DNA of 64,000 nucleotides from Candidatus Latescibacterota bacterium (GTDB taxonomy: Bacteria; Latescibacterota; UBA2968). The position numbers were made by a program, and so were the translations under genes. Below the pieces are notes generated by a model. The model ran no database searches and had not been told where the DNA came from. It worked only from the letters and a program-made list of their open reading frames with translations. Location of the stretch: NCBI GenBank assembly GCA_965204745.1, contig OZ242010.1, positions 2,880,001-2,944,000 of the forward strand. The letters run 5' to 3'. Of this stretch, positions 18,499 through 27,878 are shown in pieces; position 1 is the stretch's first letter, and the number at the start of each line of letters is the position of its first letter.

Positions 18499-19725
18499 TT
18501 AAAGTTGCAAATTTGTCTGAATACTCGCCACGGCTTGGTCGATATTTTCCCGGTGTCCAAACGCGCTCAGGCGAAAGTAGCCTTCGCCAGCGCGGCCAAA
18601 GCCGGATCCTGGCGTGCCCACGACATGGGCTTCGGACAACAACTTGTCAAAAAAGCCCCAAGACGACATGCCGCCCGGGGTTTTGACCCACAAATAGGGC
18701 GCGTGAACACCGCCAAAAACCGTCAGGCATAGACTTTCGAGACCCGTGCGAATGATGCGGGCGTTTTCCATGTAATAGGCGATCATCTCGCGGCATTCCC
18801 GCTCGCCTTCTTCCGTAAAGACCGACAAAGCCCCGAGTTGCACGATATTCGACGCGCCGTTAAAAAACGTGTTTTGCCGCCTGCCCCACAGCGCGTTCAC
18901 CTTGCCCGGTGCCGCGCCTTCCACGATCAACTCCATGGGCACCACCGTCCACCCCAAGCGCACGCCCGTAAAGCCGGTGTCTTTGGAAAAACTGTTGATC
19001 TCAATCGCACACGCCTTCGCGCCCTCAATTTCGTAAATGCTTTTGGGCAAGTCCGCGTCGGAAATGTAGCCGGCATAAGCCGCGTCGTAAATAATCACGG
19101 CCTTGTGTTCGCGGGCGTAATTCACAAAGGCCCGAAGTTGCGCCTTATTTGCCACCGCGCCCGTCGGGTTGTTCGGGCTACAAATATAGATCAAATCCAC
19201 TTTTTGATCGGGCACATCGGGCACAAAGCCATTGGCCTCTGTACACGGCATATAGACCAACCCCTCATACTGATCGTCGACAGCCTCGCCCGTGCGCCCG
19301 GCAATCACATTGCTTTCCACATACACGGGATAGGCCGGATCTTGCACCGCGATCACATTGTCGATGCCAAAAATTGACTGGATATTCGCGGAATCCGATT
19401 TGGCCCCGTCGCTCACAAACACCTCGGACGCATCGAGTTCCACGCCGTATTTTGCATAGCGTTTGGCCAGGGCCTCCCGCATCTCGGGTTCGCCTTCCCC
19501 GCCATCGGCATAGCCGCGATACGTCTCGACATGTGCCATTTGATCCACGGCATCGTGCAAGCCGGCAATCGCGCTTTTGGGCAGGGGTTCGGTCGTATTG
19601 CCAATGCCCAAGCGCATGACCGCTACGCCTGAATGGGCATCGAGAAACGCCTGCGTGCGCCGTGCGATCTCGGGAAACAAATATCCCGCAGCCAATTTGT
19701 CGTAATGCGTATTAATACTCGCCAT
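18499..19725 (-). CDS. dapL: LL-diaminopimelate aminotransferase
   Basis: YLFPEI, LGIGNTTEPL, SDGAKSD, CSPNNPTG, SFSK.TGFTGVRLG, TPGSGFG..GEGYFRLSAF. Confidence 0.95.
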   Translation of the reverse strand: MASINTHYDKLAAGYLFPEIARRTQAFLDAHSGVAVMRLGIGNTTEPLPKSAIAGLHDAVDQMAHVETYRGYADGGEGEPEMREALAKRYAKYGVELDASEVFVSDGAKSDSANIQSIFGIDNVIAVQDPAYPVYVESNVIAGRTGEAVDDQYEGLVYMPCTEANGFVPDVPDQKVDLIYICSPNNPTGAVANKAQLRAFVNYAREHKAVIIYDAAYAGYISDADLPKSIYEIEGAKACAIEINSFSKDTGFTGVRLGWTVVPMELIVEGAAPGKVNALWGRRQNTFFNGASNIVQLGALSVFTEEGERECREMIAYYMENARIIRTGLESLCLTVFGGVHAPYLWVKTPGGMSSWGFFDKLLSEAHVVGTPGSGFGRAGEGYFRLSAFGHRENIDQAVASIQTNLQL

Positions 19726-19783
19726 TTGCAGGACAATCCTTTCTGAGAAACTGTTTGAATGTATGCCTCACCGCGCCACCCTG

Positions 19784-20307
19784 CCGTGTCTGAATCGCGG
19801 ATTAAACGGATTACGCAGATTACGCGGATTACCCCACACATCCCCACCACCGCTTCATCGTTCCCACTCCGCAGTGTCTTTCGCATCCGCCGCCCCATCA
19901 TCCGTAGGGACAGGCTCCCGTGCCTGTCCTGGGATATAATAAGCTCTCAGCGGTCAGTCCGCAACCCTGCTCATCGGCCCCGTGCGTGCCCGTCCACTCC
20001 CCCCCGCCGTGTCTGAATCGCGGATTGTCGCGGATTACGCGGATTACGCGGATTGCCCCACACCGCCTTACCGCCACAGACCTATCCCCCCGGCCCCCTT
20101 TCCTACAAGGAAAGGGGGAGCGCATGGCTTTCTTGAAGGGTTGCATCCAGGCCTGTTTTGATGGCTTTGGGCGAATGGATCACGCCATGAAATCCAAAAA
20201 CCGCTCGCCATTCCCCTCGGAAGACCGCTCACAGTTCCCCCTTCCTCGTAGGCACAGGCGTAGCCTACAACGAAGCGTAGCGAGTAACGGGGCCAGGGGG
20301 TAGGTCC
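19784..20307. repeat. Composite repeat block: nonamer GGATTACGC modules, GTAG-REP, MITE copy
   Basis: Largely the reverse complement of modules in 26590-27200. Confidence 0.85.
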
Positions 20308-20315
20308 GAAAAAGT

Positions 20316-20352
20316 AAAGCCCGGGGTCATTGCGCCTCCGGGCTTTTGTTTT
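20316..20352. terminator. Probable bidirectional intrinsic terminator
   Basis: AAAGCCCGG...CCGGGCTTT flanked by A and T runs. Confidence 0.6.
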
Positions 20353-20371
20353 TTCGCGTCTTTCGCAGTTG

Positions 20372-20701
20372 TCAGCCTGTCGAGCCAAAGTCGGCGGCGA
20401 AGATGAGGAAATCGGAGAATCCAATCTCGCCATCGCCATTGAGATCGCACTGGGCGTCATATCGCTCCTGACCGAGTCGCGAGCCGAACTTGCTGGCAAA
20501 GGTCAAGAAGTCGGCGAAATTCGCATTGCCATCGCCATTGTCGTCCGTTGCGGTCAGCGTGTAGGTCGTCTCGTCCATGGCCTTGATCGGTATGCCGGAC
20601 TGCGCGAAGGTCGGCATCGGATCGGCTGTCACAGAGAGGATGAACATGAGATGCACTTCATCGCCATCTTCATCTGTGGCGGTCAGGGAACAGGCTTTCA
20701 T
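20372..20701 (-). pseudogene. Remnant of a surface protein: partial Ig-like (He_PIG-like) repeats + dockerin/EF-hand-like C-terminus
   Basis: Truncated LTATDEDGD and YTLTATDDNGD units; NFADFLTFASKFGSRLG..RYDAQCDLNGDGEIGFSDF is paralogous to the module at ~1410-1575; no signal peptide. Confidence 0.6.
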
Positions 20702-23700
20702 TGGAAGTGGGAGGCGGGATAGAGGCTTCGGATGTAGGGTTCAATTTCTTGAGCGGTCGTGCGCGTAGCAGTTGGCTCGATGACGTTCCCTCTGACGAGG
20801 GCCTCGTTCCGGAAGAAGAGGACATATCGAATGATCAGGATTATATCCGAGAACAGCCTCACATCGCCATCGCCATCCACATCGAGAATGTTCTGATTGA
20901 CCAACGTGTCGAGGTAGGGTTCAATTTCTTGAGCGGTCGTGCGCGTGGCAGTTGGCTCGATGACGTTCCCTCTGAGGAGGGCCTCGTTCCGGAAGAAGAG
21001 GACATATCGAATGACCAGGATTATATCCGAGAACAATCTCACCCGGCCATCGCCATCCACATCCAAGTTGGCACTCGGGGTTTCGTCATCGATAATCGTC
21101 CCGGTGCCTTGCGCCGTGCTTATGGTCGCATTGGTCGCACTGCTCAGCGTCACGATCACGGTCTCGTTCTGCTCATCATCCGAGTCGTCGGTCACAGAAA
21201 CAGGGATGGTCTGGATGGTATCGCCTACCGCGAAGGTCAGGGTCCCTGCGGTGAGCGCGGTGTAATCGGTCCCCGAAGTCGCGGTGCCCGTGCCCGCGTC
21301 TGCATACGCCACCGTCACCTGTGCCGTGTGCGCCGGGCTTAGGTACACCCGAAAGGTCAGGGTCGCGCCGGTCGCGCCTTCAATCACGCTGGGCGAACCG
21401 ATACTCAGCGCAGGCATGCCATCGTCATCGATAATCGTACCGGTGCCGGTGAGGCTCGTAGCCCCGCCATCAAAGGTGGCATTGACCGCGTTGCTCAAAG
21501 TCACGATCACGGTCTCGTTCGGCTCATCATCCGAGTCGCCGGTCACAGAAACAGCGATGGTCTGGCTGGTCGTGCCCGCCGCGAAGGTCAGGGTCCCCGC
21601 GGTAAGCGCGGTGTAGTCCGTCCCCGAAGTCGCGGTGCCCGTGCCCGCGTCTGCATACGCCACCGTCACCTCTTTGCCGCTCACCGCATTCAATCTAACG
21701 GTGAACGTCAGGGCAGTGCCCTCAACCGCACTCGGCGAACTAATCGAGAGCCTCGGCGGCGCGTCATCATCGGTGATCGTCAGGGTCTCGGAAGATGATA
21801 GCACCGCCATATTGCCACCCGTCACCGTTGCAGACACGGTCACTTCCTTGTCAGGCGCATCGGTCGTATCGTTCACCGAGGTGATCGTCACGGCGCCCGT
21901 GCTCGTCGTCACATTCGCCGCGAAGGTCAGCGTGGTCGCGGTCGATAGCGTAAAATCGCCCGCAACCGCAGGCGACACAGCCATCGCTGAAACCGTGACC
22001 GTCGTCGCCGTGGTTGCGATGCGATCCAGCGTCGCCGTGATCGTGGAAACCTGGGCATTCTCCGTAATCGACGCAGGAGTCAAAACCAACGTCACGTTCG
22101 GCACGTCGTCATCGACAAGCGTCAGCGTCACATCAGTGACCGATCCCGTGCCTACGCTGTTGGTTGGCGTACTCGACACGGTCACCGTCTTGTTCCCCGT
22201 AGCATCGGCGTTATTCACCCCTGTGATCGTCACGGTGCCCGCGCTCATCGTTTGTCCCGCCGCGACGGTCAGCGTGGCCGGCGTGCTTATCGTGTAGTCG
22301 CCCGCAACCGCAGGTGACACAGGCGCCACTGTCACCGTAATCGTCGTCGGATCGCTTGACGTGTGAGACAGGGTCGCGGTCACGGTCGAGATACCGCCGT
22401 TCTCTGAAATCGACGCAGGCGATACAACCATCGTCACGTCCAGCGGGTCGTCGTCGTCCGTCAGCGTCACAGTGCCGGTCACACTACCCGTGCCTTGGGC
22501 GTTGCGCGACATAGCGGACAAGGTCACGACGCGATTAGGCTCGTCTCGGGTGTTGTTCACCGATGTGATGACCACCGTGTCCGACGCGTTCGTCGTGTCC
22601 CCGGCCGCGATGGTGATCGTCGTATCCGAACCCACCGTGTAAGCACCCGCCACAGGACGCACCGTGATCGTCGTCGCCGCGCTTGATGGACGCGAGAGCG
22701 ACGCCGTGACCGTCGCCGCCGCGCCGTTCTCCGAAATCGACGCGGGATTCGGCGTCAGCGTCACCATCGGCGCAAGGTCGTCGTCGGTGATCGTCAAAGT
22801 TGCCCCGGTCACCCTGCCCGAGACTTGGCTGTTGTGCATCACAACGGGCATGGTCACGTCGCGATTAGGCTCGTCTTGGGTATTGTCCACCGCTGTGATG
22901 ACCACCGTGTCCGACGCGTTCGCGGTTTGCCCTGCCGCGATGGTGATCGTCGAATCCGCCGGCACCGTGTAAGCACCCGCCATCGGGCGCACCGTGATCG
23001 TCGTCGCCGCGCTTAACGACCGTGCCAGCGTCGCGGTCACGGTGCTCATCCCGCCGTTTTCCGAGATCGACGAGGGCGTCAGTGACAACGTCACGACCAC
23101 GGGTTGGAGGTTAAATTGCACGGTGGTGTCCATGCCGGCATACTTCAAGGCCGGATACTGATTCATCGCGCCAAAGGTCCACGGATCGTCGTTGCCGGGT
23201 TGTCCGTCTATGTTGGCGTTCCAACTGGAGTAGATGCCGATGTAGTCGTTGGGGCGCTGGAGGTCGGCGGTGGCGTAGCCCGTGCCGCCGGCGCTAGTTG
23301 TACAGCCGGCGCTGCCGCCGGTTACACAGCCGCTGGTTGAGGTGTCATAGTAGCTTGCGGTTACGCCCGCGCCGGCAATCGTCGATCCCAATAACCCACC
23401 GATGGTTGTCGCCGATCCGCTGGATCGGTTAACCCTGCCGGTGGAGTATGAGTTTGTTATGGATCCGGTGCTCGATTGCGTTCCTACTAGACCGCCGACG
23501 CGGTCGGCTCCGCTGACGTATGCGGTGGAGTAGCTTGTGGAAATAGAGCCGCCGGTCCAGCCGGTCAATCCACCAACGTATGAAGGGCCTGTCACATTGC
23601 CGGTGGTGTAGCAGGCGACGATTGCGCCGTGATTGGCTCCGAACAGAATGCCGCTAAAGTTGCCTCCCGTAACATTGGCGTTGGTTGCGCCTAGGGTTTC

Positions 23701-26292
23701 TGTGCGGGCGCCGGATGCAATAACGCCGAACAGCCCTTGGTGAGTATCGCCGCTGCGGCTGATGAAGAGGTTGTCGATAATGTGGCCGTTGCCCTTGAAA
23801 TTGCCTGCGTATCTAGTGGCGTGTGTGCCGATGGGCGTCCAACCCGTGCCGCTGTTCCAGTACGCGCCGCTGTGGTCGTTGGCGTCCACATCGCCGTCGC
23901 TGTCGCTGTCGAAGTCAAGGCTGGCGGCGAGTTCGTAGCCGGTGCAACCGGTGGAAGGGCAACCCCTTGAGACTGAGGCGTCGGGAAAGGCGGCGTTGTA
24001 GGCGGTCGTATCGTTGGTCGAGGCTCTTGCGTCTATGGCACCATCGCCATCCAAATCCCAGCGCACGGCGTTGAGTTGTGCCAAGGACGAGACCTCGATG
24101 AAGCCATCGCTATCCGTGTCGTAATGCACGGGTTGGGCATCGAACTGCGCCGTGGTGTCCATGTCGGCAAACTTCAACACCGGATACTGCTTTGTCGTAC
24201 CAAAGGTCCAGGGATCATCATCGTTGGCCCCCGAAGCATCTATGGTCAGATCATCCCAGTTGGCATAGATGCCTGTCGCAGACGTGACCGATTGTAAGTC
24301 GGCAGTCAGTTTGCCCTCCGGCGCAACCGTATCGCCATCGTCGGCAATGCCGCTTTCTTGTGTGTCCCAGTAGCTATCGGTCACTGAACCTGAGTTTTCA
24401 GTTAGCCCATGCTTGTTCGGGCAGGCCCCCGTCACTGAGCCTGTTGAGTAGCTCGACGCTATCGTCGCACCGGCACCATTGCCACCCACCAACCCGCTGC
24501 CAGTGGAGGACTGCCCCCCCGAACGGCACACCACAGGCGCCGTGGCGTAACTCGCCACGATGTACGACCCCCTCTGAGCGGCACCCACCAACCCGCCGAC
24601 ATTGGTGTTCGCCGTGACCGACCCCGTGACGTAACTCGCCGCGATCCGACCCTTGTTCAGACCCACCAGCGCGCCCACCGTGTCCTGACCCGTATTGATC
24701 ACCGCGTTGACCAACCCCAAAGAGCGGATGTGGGCAGTGGTGTCCGTGCTTGCGAAAAATCCCGAATAGTTGATGTTGCGGTTGATGTACAGGTGGGAGA
24801 TCGTCTTGCCGTTGCCCTCAAACGTGGCGGTGTATGGGGCGGCGTTGCTGCCGATGGGCATCCAGCCTTGGCCGCTATTCCAGTAGGTGGTGTCTGCTGC
24901 GGTGATCTCGCCGTCGTTGTTCTGGTCAAAGTTGAGGTTGTTGAGCAACTCGTAGCCTGTGCAGGTACCGGACGGGCAACCCATCCGGGCGCTACCGATG
25001 TCACGGTTGGAAAAGGCGGTGTTGTAGGCGGTCGTATCGCTGGTCGTGGCACTTGCGTCTATGGCACCATCGCCGTTGAGGTCCCAGCGAATGACGTTGA
25101 GTTGCGCCAAGGTGGTGATGTCAATCAGGCGGTCATTGTCCGTGTCGTAGTCAGTGACTGTCCGGCCCTGGGCGGCCAGGGAATGACCACCGTACTTCAG
25201 TACCGGGTACTGGCTGCTGGTGCCGAAGTCCCACGGGTCGTCGTTGCCGGTCACGCCGTCCACGTCCACGTTCCAGTTGGCGTAGATGCCGGTGTAGTCC
25301 GTCTTGGCCTTTAGAGTGGTGGTCATCTGGCCCGTGCCGCCGCCGCCGCTCGTCCTGCCGCTTGTTTGCGTGTCCCAGTAAGAGGCGGTGATGGAGGTGG
25401 TGCCGAATAGAGCGGTCAAGCCGCCGATGCGGCCGACGACCGTTGACGTGACCGCGCCCGTTGAGTAACAGGCGATGACGCGGGCGTGGCGGCCATGGTT
25501 GCCTTGGACCGACCCAACCAAACCGCCCACGTAAGCGTCGGTTCCAAAGCTGGGAATCGCATGCACCGCCGCGCGGGAGTAGCTGGCTATTATTGTGCTC
25601 TGGTGAGAGGAGGCGTCGTTTAAGTTTTGGCCAACCAGTCCGCCGACGGCGACGTCTCCTAGAACCGAGCCAGTGCTCCAAGAGGCGGCGACCGTCCCGT
25701 GGTTGGTGCCGACGAGGATGCCCGTGAAGTTACGCCCGTAAACGTATGCGTTTTTGACGCCCACGCTTTCGACGCGGTCGTTGCCGTCGAGCGTGCCGAA
25801 CAGCCCCACGGGGCTCGTTGTCGTCCGCTTTATGAACAGGTTGGAGATGATGTAGCCGTTGCCCTTGAATGTGGCGTCGAACCGCCCAATCGGCGCCCAT
25901 CCCGATCCGTCGTTGTAGTAGTCGTCGCCGGAGTCGCCCATCGCGGAGGTGCCCGTTCCGCTATAAGTCGAGCCATTTCCGTCGGTGTCGAAGTCCAAGT
26001 TGTTGAGCAACTCGTAGCCGGTGCAGGTGGACTGGCACCCCATGCCCGAGGCGGCGTTGGAAAAGGCGGCGTTGTAGGCGGTCGTATCGCTGGACGTGGC
26101 ACTTGCGTCTATGGCACCATCGCCGTTGAGGTCCCAGCGAATGGCATTCAGTTGCGGCAAGGTGGTGATGTCAATCAGGTTGTCGTTGTCCCTGTCGTAG
26201 TCGGTTTGGGCAAAAGCCGGCCCCGATGCCATCAGCATGATCAGCGCGACCAGGGCCAACAAGCGAGCGTAGCAGGGCGTCATTTTGTTCAT
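20698..26292 (-). CDS. Giant secreted adhesin-like protein (1864 aa): three GLUG-motif beta-helical repeats, Ig/Calx-beta domains, duplicated C-terminal dockerin-like motif
   Basis: Signal peptide; 3x DYD.D.D.LI....L.QLNA.RWDL.GDG...VGGLVG...DPW.FG...QYP.LKY; Calx-beta ATSGTDY...GTLTFA...E.NET.IVTLS; 2x 60-aa DVDGDG.VRLFSDIIL.IRY. Confidence 0.9.
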   Translation of the reverse strand: MNKMTPCYARLLALVALIMLMASGPAFAQTDYDRDNDNLIDITTLPQLNAIRWDLNGDGAIDASATSSDTTAYNAAFSNAASGMGCQSTCTGYELLNNLDFDTDGNGSTYSGTGTSAMGDSGDDYYNDGSGWAPIGRFDATFKGNGYIISNLFIKRTTTSPVGLFGTLDGNDRVESVGVKNAYVYGRNFTGILVGTNHGTVAASWSTGSVLGDVAVGGLVGQNLNDASSHQSTIIASYSRAAVHAIPSFGTDAYVGGLVGSVQGNHGRHARVIACYSTGAVTSTVVGRIGGLTALFGTTSITASYWDTQTSGRTSGGGGTGQMTTTLKAKTDYTGIYANWNVDVDGVTGNDDPWDFGTSSQYPVLKYGGHSLAAQGRTVTDYDTDNDRLIDITTLAQLNVIRWDLNGDGAIDASATTSDTTAYNTAFSNRDIGSARMGCPSGTCTGYELLNNLNFDQNNDGEITAADTTYWNSGQGWMPIGSNAAPYTATFEGNGKTISHLYINRNINYSGFFASTDTTAHIRSLGLVNAVINTGQDTVGALVGLNKGRIAASYVTGSVTANTNVGGLVGAAQRGSYIVASYATAPVVCRSGGQSSTGSGLVGGNGAGATIASSYSTGSVTGACPNKHGLTENSGSVTDSYWDTQESGIADDGDTVAPEGKLTADLQSVTSATGIYANWDDLTIDASGANDDDPWTFGTTKQYPVLKFADMDTTAQFDAQPVHYDTDSDGFIEVSSLAQLNAVRWDLDGDGAIDARASTNDTTAYNAAFPDASVSRGCPSTGCTGYELAASLDFDSDSDGDVDANDHSGAYWNSGTGWTPIGTHATRYAGNFKGNGHIIDNLFISRSGDTHQGLFGVIASGARTETLGATNANVTGGNFSGILFGANHGAIVACYTTGNVTGPSYVGGLTGWTGGSISTSYSTAYVSGADRVGGLVGTQSSTGSITNSYSTGRVNRSSGSATTIGGLLGSTIAGAGVTASYYDTSTSGCVTGGSAGCTTSAGGTGYATADLQRPNDYIGIYSSWNANIDGQPGNDDPWTFGAMNQYPALKYAGMDTTVQFNLQPVVVTLSLTPSSISENGGMSTVTATLARSLSAATTITVRPMAGAYTVPADSTITIAAGQTANASDTVVITAVDNTQDEPNRDVTMPVVMHNSQVSGRVTGATLTITDDDLAPMVTLTPNPASISENGAAATVTASLSRPSSAATTITVRPVAGAYTVGSDTTITIAAGDTTNASDTVVITSVNNTRDEPNRVVTLSAMSRNAQGTGSVTGTVTLTDDDDPLDVTMVVSPASISENGGISTVTATLSHTSSDPTTITVTVAPVSPAVAGDYTISTPATLTVAAGQTMSAGTVTITGVNNADATGNKTVTVSSTPTNSVGTGSVTDVTLTLVDDDVPNVTLVLTPASITENAQVSTITATLDRIATTATTVTVSAMAVSPAVAGDFTLSTATTLTFAANVTTSTGAVTITSVNDTTDAPDKEVTVSATVTGGNMAVLSSSETLTITDDDAPPRLSISSPSAVEGTALTFTVRLNAVSGKEVTVAYADAGTGTATSGTDYTALTAGTLTFAAGTTSQTIAVSVTGDSDDEPNETVIVTLSNAVNATFDGGATSLTGTGTIIDDDGMPALSIGSPSVIEGATGATLTFRVYLSPAHTAQVTVAYADAGTGTATSGTDYTALTAGTLTFAVGDTIQTIPVSVTDDSDDEQNETVIVTLSSATNATISTAQGTGTIIDDETPSANLDVDGDGRVRLFSDIILVIRYVLFFRNEALLRGNVIEPTATRTTAQEIEPYLDTLVNQNILDVDGDGDVRLFSDIILIIRYVLFFRNEALVRGNVIEPTATRTTAQEIEPYIRSLYPASHFQ

Positions 26293-26589
26293 CCTTTTGG
26301 GGAGGGGTACACTATATTGATCAGCCTAACAGACTGTTTTGCAATAAAATAGAACCGCATTCCAAGACGGGAATGGGCACCATGAACGCCAGTTTTCGCG
26401 GAGGGAACATAGTGCCAAATGAGGTTCAAACAGCGGCTGAAAATGGCGGTGATCATCTGAATCCTCCTTTGCAAAAGCTGTCGCACAAATTAGGCGCGGC
26501 TTTTCCTCCGCACTCAAAATCGCAATAAAAAAAATAAAACATCACGATTGTTTGTCAAACGGTAAAGTGACGATGGGATCGGTACCGCC

Positions 26590-27283
26590 GGATATGAGGA
26601 CAGGCACGGGGGCCTGTCCCTACGACGGATGGCGGCGGGGGATGCGAGGGGGACCTACCCCCTAACCCCCTTCCTGCGAGGAAGGGGGAATGGCGAGCGG
26701 TTTTGCGAGGGATTTGAGCGAGGGGGGTTTGGGTTTCTATGGCGTGATCCATTCGCCCAAAGCCATCAGAACAGCCCTGGATGCAAACCATCAAAAAGCC
26801 ATGCGCTCCCCCTTTCCTCGTAGGAAAGGGGGCCGGGGGGATAGGTCCTGCGAGGAAGGGGGAATGGCGAGAGGTTGTGCGAGGGATTGTGTGTAAGGGT
26901 TTTTGGATTTTCATGGCGTGATCCATTCGCCCAAAGCCATCAAAACAGCCCTGGATGTAAACCTTTAAGAAAGCCATGCGCTCCCCCTTTCCTCGTAGGA
27001 AAGGGGGCCGGGGGGATAGGGCTATGGCGGTGGGGATGTGAAGGACACAGCGGAGTGGAACGATGAAGCGGCGGTGGGGATGTGTGGGGTAATCCGCGCA
27101 ATCTGCGTAATCCGCGCAATCTGCGTAATCCGCGCAATCTGCGTAATCCGTTTAATCCGCGATTCAGACACGGTGGGGCGGTGATGGGCACGCACGGGCA
27201 GTGGCGGGGTTGCCTCACCTCTCCCGTCTTACGTCTCACCGAAGGGGGTTGAGCGGGGTGGGAACTGACTACTGACTACTGAC
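26590..27283. repeat. Composite repeat block: GTAG-REP, two MITE copies, nonamer module, heptamer modules
   Basis: Direct comparison with 7000-7420 and 19784-20307. Confidence 0.85.
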
Positions 27284-27827
27284 CACTCTCCCTTGCCTTG
27301 GCTTCAAGGTCTTTGGCCAGGGCTTCGATGACCTTGTCGGTCAAGTCGTGTGTTTCTTTTGCGTAGGCCAAAGCCGTTGTGTTGAGCACAAAATCAAAGC
27401 CCTCGTCTTCGGCCACCTGCTTGATGATCTCATTCACGGTTTGAATGATCGGCTCGGACAATTCCGCGGTCTTGCGCGCGAGGCGACCGCGTTGGGGATC
27501 TGCGGCTTCCTGCATAAACCGCTGCAATTCCTGTTGTTTTTTCACGATGGCCTTTTGTTCTTCTTGTTTGCGTTTGTCACTCAGCAACAGGGCTTGGCGT
27601 TCGTACGTTTCCTGCATCTTCTCCAGATCGTTTTGCATGGTGCTGATCTCGCGCCCGAGTTCGTCTTCGTAACGGCCGAACTCCTTCAACGCATCTTGAT
27701 AGGGTTTGTACTGATCCAAAATTTTCTGCGAATCGATGTACCCCAGCTTGATCTCGGCACCGGCAGAACTGACCATGCCGACCAGTGCCAGAGACAGCGC
27801 GACCAAAAACATGCGACAACGTGTCAT
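27276..27827 (-). CDS. skp: Periplasmic chaperone Skp/OmpH
   Basis: Signal peptide, KLGYIDSQKIL, long coiled coil, DLTDKVI; immediately downstream of bamA. Confidence 0.9.
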   Translation of the reverse strand: MTRCRMFLVALSLALVGMVSSAGAEIKLGYIDSQKILDQYKPYQDALKEFGRYEDELGREISTMQNDLEKMQETYERQALLLSDKRKQEEQKAIVKKQQELQRFMQEAADPQRGRLARKTAELSEPIIQTVNEIIKQVAEDEGFDFVLNTTALAYAKETHDLTDKVIEALAKDLEAKARESGQ

Positions 27828-27878
27828 CAAACTCCCTCCAAAAAAATCAGCCCACCTTTACCGCGGCGGAACTGACGA

